Source of the DNA: the human T2T-CHM13v2.0 reference genome, Homo sapiens
DNA: 64,000 nt
Assembly (NCBI RefSeq): GCF_009914755.1
Contig: NC_060938.1
Strand: one strand, 5' to 3'
Shown: piece by piece, positions 32,860 to 46,110 of the stretch
Position numbering within the stretch: the first letter of the stretch is position 1
Layout: every line of letters begins with the position of its first letter
Made by a program: the position numbers and the translations under genes
Notes under the pieces: generated by a model
Databases searched by the model: none
Told to the model about the DNA's origin: nothing
The model's input: the letters and a program-made list of their open reading frames with translations, nothing else

Positions 32860-34210
32860 GAACCAATATAGTGATAACAGATTATAACCATTGAATAAAA
32901 TAAAATTCAGGAGCCTATTCTGCTGTAAATAAAAATAAATAAATAAATAAGAAGAAAGGAAAGTTTTTCCTCAAAATAGCAAGCCTTAATGTACAAGGAA
33001 TGGTAGAATCAGAAAATCGCCATTTAGTAGCCATCATAATAATAATTGATTCAGTCAAGAAACATCAATAGATGATAAAATGTGTAATAAATATTTTTTG
33101 AGGAGTGGAATATTTACATAGTTTCCAAGTGTCCCCCAACAAAACAGTTACTAATTACAAAAGGAAAATGAGGAACTTTACATTGGAGAAACTTGACAGA
33201 CACCACCTGCAATAAAGGCCAGTAGTGAAACAAACCAAATTATATACCACCTGGTGATATGTGTTATGGACTGACTGTGTTTTGTCAAAATTCAGATTTT
33301 GTAACCCTAACCCTCAATGTGACTATATTTGGAGATAGGGCCTGTGAGGAGATGATAAAGGTTAAATGAGGTCATTAGGTAGGCCCTAATTCAACAGGGC
33401 TGCTGTCCTTATAAGGAGAGGAAGAGCCACCAGAGCTCTCTTTCCCTCTCTCCAATCTTGCACGGAGAATGGGCCATGTGCAGACACAGTGAGATGGTAA
33501 CCATCTACAAGTCAATAAGACAGTCCTTGCCAGAAAAGGAGCTGGCTGGTACTTTGACCACGGACTTCTAACCTCTAGAACCGTGAAAAAATAAATTTTT
33601 GTTATTTAAGCCACTTGATCTATGACTTTTTGTTATGGCAGCTTGAGCAAGCTAATACAGCATGAAAAGAGACAAACACAACATCACTACTGTGGCATTC
33701 CTGACAAAGATGCATATTCCTGAATCTGATCATGAAGAAACAGTAGACAGGGCCAAGTTGATTAGGCATTTTGCAAAATGGTTGGTCTGAAATCTTCTAA
33801 AATGTCAAGGATATGAAAGTCAAGGAAACACTGAGAAACAGTTCCAGTCTAAAGAAAACTAAAGAGACATGAAAACTAAATACAGCACATGACTCTGGGT
33901 CTTTTTGCTATATAGAACATTGTTGAGATAACCGGTAAGACTGAATGGAGTCTATGAATAGATTCTAGTAATGTATGAATGATAATTTTCTGTTTCAGAT
34001 ACTTGTATTGTGACTATATAAGAGCATAACTTTTTTTCTACCTTTCTTTTTGTAATTTTTTTAAGAAAATACATACTGGAGCATTCAGTAATGTTGGGAC
34101 ATAACGTCACCAGTGTCCTGTCAAATGATTCAGAAGTAGTTCTTTGTACTATCTTGCAACTTCTCTGCAAGTTTGAACTTATTTCCAAATAAAAAGATAA
34201 AAATAAATAC
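32860..34210 (+). mobile_element. L1MC-type 3' end, split by MLT1A
   Basis: aactttacattggagaaacttgacagacaccacc; acaacatcactactgtggcattcctgacaaagatgcat...tgaatctgatcatgaagaaaca; ends tatcttgcaacttctctgcaagtttgaacttatttccaaataaaaag. Confidence 0.8.
33262..33659 (+). mobile_element. MLT1A/MLT1A0 MaLR solo LTR
   Basis: tgttatggactgactgtg...aatgtgactatatttggagatagggcc...gttatggcagcttgagcaagctaataca. Confidence 0.85.
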
Positions 34211-34229
34211 CACATTTGTGGGAAAATTG

Positions 34230-36620
34230 CAATCATCAAATATTTGAAAGATACAGAGATGATAATCCTTATCACAACCATGTTCAATTCTACAGGCTCC
34301 ATCAATGCAAAACTGATGAATGTGGAGAACACAGAAGGTTTAGATGACTTTAATCAGGTGATAAATCCAATTACATTTACTGTTTCCACTTCTAGTCTCC
34401 TTACAGAAGACTATTTGGAGGAGGGGTGGTTTCTTCTTTTTGCAGCTTCTTAAATTGTACACCTCATTTATTTTCAGACTTTTTTGTCTCCTAATAAATG
34501 TACATGATACTATTAATTTTCCTCTGAGTACAGATTTACCTGTATCGCTCAGGTTTTTATATGTAATGATTTCATTGTAATTTAGTTCCACATATTTTAT
34601 CATTTTCTCTCATGAATTTTCTCTGTAATTCACAGATTATTTAGAAGTATGATTTATATTTAATTTTTCCAAATACATGGGAAATAACTAAGTTTTTATT
34701 GTTAACATTTTATTTTATTTCACTTTGGTCAGAGGATGTGGGTTGTATGTTGGCCATTATTTGGAATGTGCTATAACTTCCTTAATGGTCCAAGACATTA
34801 TTATTTTCTGTAAACAATGCCTGTTAGAAAATAACGTTATGGTCTCTGATGTGCATGTTTTTATTTATTTTCTACCAGGTCACGCTTGTTTTTCTATATT
34901 CTCACTTATTACTTGTTTGTCTGATCAATCCATTCCTGGGAAATGGATATTAGAACCTATCTTGTTACAACTTTTATCAATTACACCCTGTCGTTTTGAC
35001 AGCTGTTGCTCTTTATATTTTGAGGCTGTATAGTTAGATACATACAAAGTAATGGTTGTTATGTCATCTTGCTGGATTATTCTTTTTAGCAATATGAAAT
35101 AGGTGTCTTTAAATATTACTTTTTAATGCTATTCACATTAAATTCTATTTTGTCTGTTATTACAAACCCTACACTAACTTCCTTTGGATCAGCAAATGCC
35201 TAGTATATCTACTGTCTATGCCTTAATTTTTAAATGTCTCCTGAATGTTTTAGGTGTGTATATTATAATCATCATATACTTACAAATTTTTAATGTAATC
35301 TGAAGCCTGTATTTTAATTGTGAGTTTAACCTATTTACATTTGTTATGGTTAGTAACATATGTGGATTTATTTTTACCTTCATGCTTTTTTTTTTACCTC
35401 TTTCGTTTTTCTCCTTTTACTTATTTTGTTGGATTGATCAATTTTTCTACATTTCTTTTATTTTCTACTACTGGTTCAGACATTATGCATTCTATGATTC
35501 TAGTGTTTAGCCTTAAATTTTATTGTTGTTTATTTTGCATTGCATCCCACTCTGGATTTTTTTTGGTTTAGATTCTTCATTTAATAATTATATTTGGAAG
35601 CATTCATACATGATACATTTAGCATCTATTCTATGTTCTGCTTTATCCAAAAATGTCTTATGTTATCCTTGCTCTTAAATTATAGTTTGATTAGGTATAG
35701 AATTGTAGATTCACAATTATTTTCTCTCAGCTTCAAAGATACTATATCATTTTTTCTTGCATATGGTGTTGTTCTTGAGAAGTTGGCTAACAATCTGATT
35801 GCTGTTGTGCTGAAGATAACCCATGTCTTATTCGCTGGCCTTTAGGATTTTCTCTCTATCCTTGATAGTCTACAGTTCCACTGAAAAACATCTAAACATG
35901 AAATTTAATGAGTATTTTTGCACTTAGAAAAATTATCAGCTGGGGCTGGAGTGCAGTGGCCCAACCATGGCTCACTGCAGTGTCTACCTCCCAGGCTTAA
36001 GCAATCCTCCCACCTCAGCTTCCCAAGTAATGAGACTACAAGGGCACACCATCACGCCCAGCTATTTTTTTTTTTAATTTTTTGTAGAGATAGGGTTTTA
36101 CCATGTTGCCCAGGCTTCTTATTTCTTTAAATACTGGCTCACTGTCTTTTACTCTGGACTCTCCTTCTTGACATATGTTGGAACTTCATTTTCTGTCTTC
36201 TATATCTCTTAAGTTCTCTTTCATATTTTCTATTTCAATAATTTGCATCCTGTTAGATTTAGGTTGAAGCTTCTCATTCTCTATTTTATGTCTCTTTCTC
36301 TTATAATTGCTATTTCTTTCATATTTGATATCTATTCCATATTTTCCATCCTATTAGTCATATGCTAAAATAGCTCATTCTGTCTTCAAATTTTCTTAGA
36401 TTCTCTTTTATATTTTCCATACTTTTAATAGTTGATATCTCTAAGTCTATGTACTAGAGTCTTAATCAGTTCTGTCTCCTACTTCATTTGTTCTTTTCTC
36501 AGCTGTATCTGGCTGATAACTTATGCATCTACTGAGAGATTTTGTTTTTAATTCCAATAAGTATTTTGAATTTATTTTTTACCTATACCTAGATGCAAAG
36601 AGCTGTGTCAACAATAATAT
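34230..36620 (-). mobile_element. Decayed antisense L1M fragments
   Basis: ORF 34340-34603 (-) is L1 ORF2-like (NEIITYKNLSDTGKSVLRGKLI); T-rich. Confidence 0.7.
35944..36116 (-). mobile_element. Partial AluJ-like
   Basis: ggctggagtgcagtggcccaaccatggctcactgcag...ccatgttgcccaggct. Confidence 0.88.
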
Positions 36621-36796
36621 TCATTTGAAAGCATTTGCAATCATATGTTTATATAAGGCACTCATTTTATTCTTTTTCCTTCATTCCTGATCTCAACTGT
36701 CAATCTTGTCTCATCCCTTGACAATGATTTCACAATATATATAATATACAACACGTAGTATGTAATTTGGGGTGGCTTATGGTTATGGGTAAATAG

Positions 36797-38425
36797 GCTG
36801 TGGCAGGGACTGATTAGATGCTCTTCCATCTCATTTCCTCATCCTAAGCACTTCATTTTCCAGCCTCCTTTGCAGTCATGTCAAAGTCCTGTGACTACTG
36901 GTCAATGAAATTTGGGTGGAAGTGATACAAGGTAACACTGTGTGTATGGGGGAAAGGATGTGTGGGGATACTGGGCTGACCAGGTGTGAACTGTAGTGAA
37001 TATCTGTGGTCTGCATGCCTGACTAGCATCCACACCCTCCTGCTGCAAACCCCTACTTCATGTGCTAACATTCCCAGTATTGATTTAGGAAAATACCTCA
37101 TCATCGTTGTATGCAATCTTGATAGGACTGTCAATCAATGTGCCTTGTGTTCACCTAACCAAAGCAAGACTAGCTACATAACTTGCAGGGCCCAGAGCAA
37201 AATGAGAACGCGGGGTCCCTTGTACAAAATTATTAGGAATTTCAATATGGCAACAGCAGAGCATTAAACCCAGAGTAAGAACCTTCTAAGGGTAAGGGTT
37301 GTATGAGACTGCCCAGGTGATATGCCTGGAAAAGTCACTGTCTCTCCCAAAGGCATAGGTTTAGGAAAATCCTAGAACTAATTTTCCCTAGAAGTCACCA
37401 TTGGTTTTTGCTACTTGGATCCCCAGGGAAGTACAGGTTCCTGTCTTTTCCAAATATGATTCATTTGCTTCTCTTCAATTCTATCAGCCCCATTTCCTTC
37501 CAATTTAACCTTTGACTTAATTTAACTAGAGCCCATTTCTGATAGTTACACCCAAGAATCCTAAATGAAACTGTAAGTAATTTCACTTGAGTCCTCCGAA
37601 CCTGTTTTCCACCTGCAAAATAGGAATAATAATATATATGTCCAAGGGCTTTGGTTGTAATTTAAAAGAGATAAATGAATGTGAAGTGCACAGTACAAAC
37701 TCTGCATGCACTAGAAGTTTTCTTTCCTCATCCTCACCCAGCTCTCAGACCATAAGCAGCAAAATCCCAGGCTCTCTGTTATTCAGACAGAAACATTACC
37801 CATCTCAGAAACAGGTCTAGAAGTCAAGTCTTTCAAATCTGTCAGGTATTGTGAGAACCTCCCTTGGAGGGACTAAGGGACCTGGAGAGAAGAAAGAGCT
37901 AAGGGTGTGTTTTGTGCACTTTCCATCCATTCCCCTGCCTGAGCGCATCTCAGGTTTCTTTGGGGGAATTAGCTCTCCCTCAGAGTGGGGTCTCTGATAG
38001 TTACCCAGAACAAGCTTCCCACTTTGAAGCCTAGAGGACCACATTCTAGATCTCCCCACCCCTAGTAAAGCAGGGGGTGGACAATATGACCTAAACTTAG
38101 CCAATCCATGCCTGCCTTCCAGGCTTTGAATCTTGAATTATCACATGTGAGGACAGAAGGAGGGGTTTCATGGCAGCTGCAGCAGCTAAAATGTGGGGCT
38201 GGTGACCAGCCAGGCCACTCCATGTGCAAGACTATATCTGTACTTCCTGCTGCCTCATCCTCCTCTTCTTAGGTTCTCTTGGTTTCTGCCCACTCCCAAG
38301 TCTGGTCTCAGGGCTCCTCCTCATTTCAGGAGCTCCCCCATTCCCCAACACACAGACACCCCATGATATCCTTCCACTAAATCTCCATTTGCTTATGTTA
38401 ACAACATCAGTTTTTATTTCTTGCA
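36797..38425. mobile_element. Fragments of old MLT1-type LTRs (discontinuous, with MER91A and MIR between)
   Basis: cctgtgactactggtcaatgaaatt; taaatctccatttgcttatgttaacaacatcagtttttatttcttgcaagc. Confidence 0.45.
37166..37340 (-). mobile_element. MER91A-like hAT (Tip100) non-autonomous DNA transposon
   Basis: gctacataacttgcagggcccagagcaaaatgagaacgcgggg...ggcaacagcagagcattaaacc. Confidence 0.75.
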
Positions 38426-39184
38426 AGCATGACTTCAATTTACTATGGGGAAGCAGACTCCTTGCCCTCTGGCAGAGCCAATCTTATGAAGCCAAGTTTA
38501 GGGTCCAGAAGGAGAGGCAAGAATGGGGAATGGAGCCCTGGGTCAGATACGGGGTGGAACTGGATCAGACTCCGAGAACAGGATCTGATAGCCCAACCAG
38601 GCACTTGATGGAGGTGGCCTCATTGGATTTCACTGGAATAAATATTCTGATCTCCATTTTCCAGAAAAGCGAACTACACTGCATGGAGTTACGTGAGCTG
38701 CTCTTTGAACCACAACTCCGTAAGATGGTATTAGACCCATTTTTACAACTGAGGGGCCCGTGTTTCCACCTTAAAGGCAGTTCACATTAACTAAGCAACA
38801 GCCAGGTGCCAGGGGTTGCCCTTGGACAAGTACGTCCATGCACTATCTCATTTAATCCAAGTCACTCCATCTCTGTCTTTCATCAATCACTATGCTGTTA
38901 TTGCTATATTTCAAATTAACTGTTTCAATGCAGAAATATATAGTGCCACCGGGTGCCCAAAGTACGTGGGAAAGGTTCCAAGCTGTTAGGAACTTACTCT
39001 CCAAATGAACCCATGTAGTTGAGTCTGGGCATGTTAGGGGCCGACTGTATAACTTTCATCTAGAATATGATACATATTCTAGATGTCATCAAACCCTGTG
39101 AACTTGAAGCTGAAGGAGGTAATATTTAGACTCACTATTAAAATGCAGTGATTGTTTACAAACTTGGACCAACAAAAGAATATT

Positions 39185-39355
39185 TCAGGGAAGAACATTC
39201 TATCACCGACGATGTTTAGAATTGCCAGTGCATAGTGATCATAAAAAGCCAGTTTAGTCTGAGTCAGTTTTAAGGTTTTCAATTCCCTGCAGACAGTGTG
39301 CCCCTTCTTGCCTGTGCCTGGGACAGAGTGCCCCCATCCCTGCCGCCAGCCCTGC
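39185..39355 (-). mobile_element. Small hAT-type MER (MER53-like)
   Basis: tctatcaccgacgatgtttagaattgccagtgcatagtgatcataaaaagc...cagacagtgtgccccttcttgcctg; family name uncertain. Confidence 0.5.
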
Positions 39356-39639
39356 CCCTTGTACATTAGTTTGATCTAACAGATAAAGAAGCTGAGCTTT
39401 GGATTCAGTGATCTGAAATCACTAGTACAGAGTGAAGACAGAATTCAACCTGCAGGGTGTAAGGATGCCAGGTTGGCCTTCCTCCGCCTCTGCCAGGCTG
39501 CCTGCCGCAGGCCGGCACAAAAGCAGAGACTTCTTTCGTGTGGGATGAACGTCCCTGCCTCCCCCGTCCCCTTGCTGCCTTTGAGGGGGGCTGAGCAGTA
39601 GACTCCTGAAAATGCACACTTGTCCCAGAAGAGAGAGAA

Positions 39640-40380
39640 TTCAAGAACGTGGCCCCAAAGGAGCTGGGTTCGAGTCTCAGCCCTACTGCGGTGTCATCGG
39701 AGGTTCCCTCCCCTGTCCCACCAGCTGCTCAATTCTGCATCCCCTCCGAGGCCACAAGTGGGAGAAAGAGTCGTCCGGGTTGGCCCCGCAGGGACGAGGG
39801 ACGGCCCTGCTTCTAACCCGAGTGTCAGCAGCCACACCCCGCGTCTTGAGAGATTCTGATGCCCGCCATCTGGAGGGAGAACGCCGGACCCGGGGCGGCA
39901 GGCCAAGAAAAGCGTGGTCGCCGGAGCCTCCCGGGAGCCAAGCGGCACCATGTGTGCGACGCTATCATTTACACTGAGGAGCCGGGTATTTAGAAAACAG
40001 GGCTGGTACCAAGCGCGCCATCTGTGGCCAAGCGTTCCCGGCCCACCGCACCATATTGTGCAAGGCGCGGGCTGAAGGAAACAGCGTCCCGTGTCGCGCA
40101 GTGTTTGTTTGGTTTGGGGCTTTTGTTGTTTTTTGTTTTTTGTTTTTAACAAATTCAAATGTGGCTTCCTCACTTCGCGAAGCAGGCTCAATGGCCCCAC
40201 AGAGTCGCTGGAGGGAAAGAAGGATTGCCGCGTTGTGGGATTTGCACGCTGGCCCTGGGAGAGGGAAAGATTGTCCCCCGCTGCGCGCACTGAGGGCGCA
40301 TTCTCGGTCAGGCACTTGGCTAAGCGCGGTAGCTATAGATACAGATAGAGACATAGATCGCGCTCGCGCGCGCGCGTGCA
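39640..40380. promoter_or_regulatory. CpG-rich island-like segment (candidate promoter/enhancer/insulator)
   Basis: Visibly high CpG density compared with CpG-depleted flanks; not Alu-derived; CTCF-like motifs. Confidence 0.65.
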
Positions 40381-40430
40381 TGCATGTGTGTGTGTGTATG
40401 TGTCTGTGTGTGTGTATGTGTCTGTGTGTA
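40365..40430. repeat. (CG)6 plus (TG)n alternating purine-pyrimidine tract
   Basis: cgcgcgcgcgcgtgcatgcatgtgtgtgtgtgtatgtgt. Confidence 0.9.
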
Positions 40431-40444
40431 TTTCTTTAGTTTTC

Positions 40445-40590
40445 TTTAATCTGCAAAACAATCTTATGTGGTAGGTACTATTACTATTCCATTATATAGA
40501 CATGGAAGCAGAAGCACAGAAAGGCCGAGTCACTTGCCCATGGCCACACAGCAAGCAATGGTGGAGCCTAAGCAGAAGCTGAGGGTTTAG
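40445..40590. mobile_element. MIR SINE
   Basis: ggtaggtactattactattccattatatagacatggaagcagaagcacagaaagg...cacttgcccatggccacacagc. Confidence 0.8.
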
Positions 40591-42490
40591 TCCACATCCA
40601 CCCTGGCTAACCTCCGGGTCTTTTTTCTGTCCCTTGGATACACACAGCTCATATCCAGGCCTATCTGGCCTCTTCTACACATGGTCCGGTCACTCGGCTT
40701 CACGTGGCCCTGCTGTTTTTCTCTGTGTGCACTGTTGGCATCTGAAATCGTCTTCCTTACTAGGTTGTCTGTTGTCTCTGTTCCCATCACCCCAACGCCA
40801 GTGCTGGGCAGGCAGGGCTCCCGTCTGCTTTGTTCACTGCTGTCTCTCCAGCGTCCAGAGGCCCAGTGTCGGTGGGTGGGCACTGGCTGTGCTTCTGTGG
40901 AGTGGGGGCGCCCCAGCTTTCTTAGGCATACAGTGAGCATAAGGCCCGCCTCCACACCAGGGCAGCACCGTGAGACAGAACAGGGCCTCGGTTTCCCCAT
41001 CTGTAAATGGCAATCAAAATACCGCCTAGGGTTTTGTGAGGACAGAGGCAAACAGCCAGCAGGGGGAGGGTGGGGCCTCACCTTTGGGCTCACACATCCC
41101 CCATACCCACTCTCCTAGCACCTGTCCCCCTGCACCCAAGTGTTCTGGGTGCTTGGCTGCCCCCTACCCAACATTAGGGCAGAGCCATGCCTAACTCCTC
41201 CCCCCGCTATTTGGCATGGAATAGGTGCTCAAGAAACCACTGCTGAATAATAAAGAGTGAGCCCCTATTCCCTCTTGCTTCTCAGCCTCTGTTTCCTTAA
41301 CTGAAACATGCCCACTGTTCTTTAAAGTCCTGTCTGGCTCTGACACCCAACCCTGAGAGAGCCCTGGCCCAGCCTCGGCACCCAGCACCAGGCAAAGGTG
41401 GTGGGAAGGCACACTGTGCTCTTAAATAACGGAGGCCCTAGGTGCTGCCTCCCCAGTGCTCGACAGGCAGGGTCCAGCCATGGCAGCCACCCTCAGAAGC
41501 AGCAGCATTAAGGAATGATTATCTCACCCCTGTTAGGTGGCTGCAGGAGAAGCTGGGTTTGGAGAGCAGCAGGCAGGCTTTGCTTCAGGAGCACATGGTA
41601 AAATTTGGTGCAATTAGCAGCGAGGGAACACACATTACTACTAGTATTATGTTCTCTTGGCGTTTCTGCCCTATTGCGGGCTGCCTTCTTTCTTTAAATT
41701 TTTTTTTAAAGAGGAAAAAAAGCTCTTTGGGAACTAAAGCAACATAAAAATGCCAAGAATTAAAAATGCAAATTCATCCAAGATGTTTTCTGCCCAAGAC
41801 GGCAATGGCCACATGGCTCGATAACATTTTAAATGTTAAAAAATGGGTAATTTTCAGTAAAAATCAAATTTGCCAGAGCCCGAGTTTAAACGAATCCCAT
41901 ATAGCATTCGGGCACCTGGCCAGTATTAATGAACACCAAGTCCCTTCAGAAGGTTATGTACTATTAAAATGAGAGGAAAACACAAACTTTGCATAGGCAA
42001 CGCTGGTCCTTGGGAATCCAGAAAACGCGGTCGGCTGCCGGTGGATCCAGCTCAGCCACTGGCTTGAGTAGGTCGGTTGCCCTCCCTGCAGTGGGCTACC
42101 CTGTCTGTGAAATGGCCATAAATAAAATCCACCTTTTGGCTTTTACTAAGATTAGCAATAATGTTGTAAAACAGCAATAAAGTTCTCCTGATAAACGTTG
42201 AACAAATGTCTTGCCCACCAAAAATATCTTGCTAAACGAAAGCTTTTAAGGACAGGAATTAAATCTTAAACATGCTCCCACCCCACCCCCAAGTACCCGC
42301 AGTGCCTGGCAAAGCATCTGGCTCTTAACAGATGTTCAGTAAGTGTTTTGGTAACAATCGGCCTCAAGAGAGCTGGCAAATACACTCTGGGTGCCCGTCA
42401 TGCCCAGCGCCCAGCCTCATGGTTCAAAGATGAACAGAGCCTCCATCTACCCAAAGGAGTCTAGGCTCCAAGGACAAAAAGCAAACCTCA

Positions 42491-42761
<271 letters not shown>

Positions 42762-42849
42762 GCAAAACCTCTCCTCCCCGCTGTTCACGTTCATCCTTTG
42801 GTTAATTCAGCCAGGTAAGAAATGGTTAGGACAGGTCTTACCATGAGGC

Positions 42850-43025
42850 ACTTGGGCTCAAATCCTGCTGTGCCTCTTATTGGCCATGGGACCTTAGGTG
42901 AGGCACTAAACCATTCCAGACCTCAGTTTGTCCATCTGTAAAATGGGGATCACAATGGAACCCACCTGCCAGCGCTGCCATAAGTTGTACACCTGCCTGA
43001 CCCACAGTAAGTGCTCAAGAAACAG
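42850..43025. mobile_element. MIR SINE
   Basis: cctcagtttgtccatctgtaaaatggggat...cacagtaagtgctcaagaaa. Confidence 0.8.
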
Positions 43026-43622
43026 AGGCTGTTTCGGTCATTGTCTTAATGTCCTCAGTGAAGCTGCTGCCCTAGGTGTCCCTTGGTCTGAAACGAATCC
43101 TGCACCTGACCAGGATGCTCTCCCTCAGACAGTGAGGCAGAGGCACGTGCCAGGGCCCCGCGAGGTTCAGCCCTTGTGTGCTCCGTCCTAGTCAGGACCC
43201 AGCTGGAGACACACTCACCTCAAACTCAGATCTGCCCTCTCCTGTGCCTGGAACGCACCACCTATTCCATCAACTCCGCCAGAGCAAAAACCTGTGCCTT
43301 CCAGGCCCCTGGTGCTTTCTGCCCTCAGACCCCCAGCCTGCCCTCACTGGCCCTTGCTCTTTCATAGCACACTCCACACCCACTCACCTCCAGGCCTTTG
43401 CCCGGAGCCTTTGCTGGGGCCTCCCCCCAGGTATCCGCAGGGCTCACCTAGCCCCTTCCTCCAGGTCACCCTGCGGCAGCTTTCCCTGCCTGCCTGGGCG
43501 AGACAACAGCTCCACCTTGTCCACAGTGGGCCAGCCAGCCTACGGCACTTGTTTTTGTGTCTAGTTCCTTTTTTTCCTCACTAGAATCCAAGCTCCGTGA
43601 GGGCAGGGTCTTGGTAACTTAA

Positions 43623-44060
<438 letters not shown>

Positions 44061-44440
44061 GTGACCTAAGTTTCTTTGAAGCCAGAGGAGCTTAGGAGGT
44101 AAGGGAAATGGGGTGGGACAGATACCTGGCACTGAGATGGGGCAATGCAGACCCCTAGGTGAGGGGTCTCATCTCACAGTCAGGGAAGACCAGGTTCCAA
44201 AAAGGAAGGGAGCTGTCTCAGGCCAAGGCATCAGCCTCCTTCCCTTCCCTGGTTTCGTCTGTGAGCTGATGTCTCGACCAAGCTGGATTCACAAAGTTCA
44301 ACCACAAGGCGGCTCTATTTTGTCTCCTACTGTTTCTGTAAAATGTGTCCCATGAAGAGCTTCCCCCCGCCCTAGACTCTCCCACAGTCCCAGAGGGCTC
44401 AGGACTCTTTAGATCACTCAGGCAATAAAAGTTCTGTCAT

Positions 44441-44802
<362 letters not shown>

Positions 44803-45267
44803 TCATCCCCTTAGGCTGCCAGACACTGTGACACTGTCACCTCAGCAACTAAAAGCATCTTATACCTTGACATCATCAAAACTTCCAATGTGATTTAAAG
44901 TGAAATCTTTTCCCATCCTGTGCAGGGCCTACTGGCCCTGAGATGAGATCAGCCAGGGCAGGGGGTCTGCTTCACCTTCCCTTCCCTTCCCCTTCCCTCT
45001 TCCCCTGCCCTTGACCAACTGCCCCCCAGGCAGGTCCTGTTCCCTGCAGGACAGGGGAGCCTTGGAGCAGGGCTGGCCCCCTCACTGTGCTGAGCTCACA
45101 CAGGGTCCATGGGACATACACCTCGGCAAGTAGAGGCCACGTCAATGCGGCCAGCTCAGCTGTCAGGCAACTTTTATTCCTCTCAGACAGGAGCTGGCCA
45201 GTAGGTCCCCTGTGTCCACCCTGAAAGGAACAGGCAGGAAGCACCTCCCACTAAATTTGAGGTGGGG

Positions 45268-45405
45268 GCAATTGCAAAGACGTGGAACCAATCTAAGTGC
45301 CCATCAACCGACGAGTGGATAAAGAAAATGTGGTATACAGATACCATGGAATACTACTCAGCCATAAAAAAGAATGAAATCATGTCTTTTACAGCAACTT
45401 GGATG
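45268..45405 (+). mobile_element. Isolated L1 (L1PB-like) ORF2 C-terminal fragment without poly(A)
   Basis: Encodes AIAKTWNQSKCPSTDEWIKKMWYTDTMEYYSAIKKNEIMSFTATWM, the L1 ORF2 C-terminus. Confidence 0.9.
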
Positions 45406-45999
45406 AGGTGGAGGAGGGATCTCTTCATGCCCCCCCAACATGCTAGCAAAAGGGCTGGGTACACTTCTTCCCAAGGAATCATCCCCCAAAATCTCTCCCT
45501 TTGTTCTCCCGGACCCATCTTTTTATATTCTCATCGTGAGTAGAGAGTTTTAAAAGCCCAGATCCGTTTCCCTTGAAACGGCATCTTGTTCCGGGGACTT
45601 CACTTAACAGGGCAGGATCTATTAGAACTTGATGCTTCTGTTTCAACTTCCAACCTCACAACCTGTCACAGCATTTTTCTTGGTGGGTGTGTTTCTTTGG
45701 AAAAAAAAAAAAAAGAGAAGTAGCAAATGAGAAGCTTATGACACCAACGGGACAGATGACGGCTGCAAATTTTCTGAAGTTAAATAAAACATGGTACTTT
45801 GGAGATATGGCGTTTGGAGATGTGGAACAACCAAAAAGCCCCTCCAATCCCCACCTTAGAGCTGTATCTTCCAATGAGCAGGTAGCAGAGCTGCAAGGAA
45901 GCCCAACTTCCAGCCCCTCCTCCCATTCAACAGGAGAGCCTCTAGGGCACCACAATGATTTACCTGAACATGGTCACTTTATGGGTGGGAGGCCGTAAC

Positions 46000-46110
46000 T
46001 ATTCTCATTTTACACATGAGAAAACTAAAATAGTAGGAATAGCTTTCCAGAGGTCACGCAACTATTAAGTGGAGGAACTGGGATTTGAACCTGTAGCTGT
46101 AGGGTCCCGA
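46000..46110. mobile_element. MIR SINE
   Basis: ctcattttacacatgagaaaact...aggtcacgcaactattaagtggaggaactgggatttgaacc. Confidence 0.75.

Noticed and set aside
38224-38790. 188-aa ORF with hydrophobic N-terminus resembling a signal peptide
   Set aside because: GTG start, overlaps an MLT1-like LTR end, and no family resemblance
39612-40439. Overlapping 120-198 aa ORFs at the CpG-rich segment
   Set aside because: Expected from stop-codon scarcity in GC-rich DNA; low complexity with no homology I recognise
45262-45543. 93-aa ORF with protein-like N-terminal half
   Set aside because: It is the L1 ORF2 C-terminal fragment running into unique sequence, not a gene
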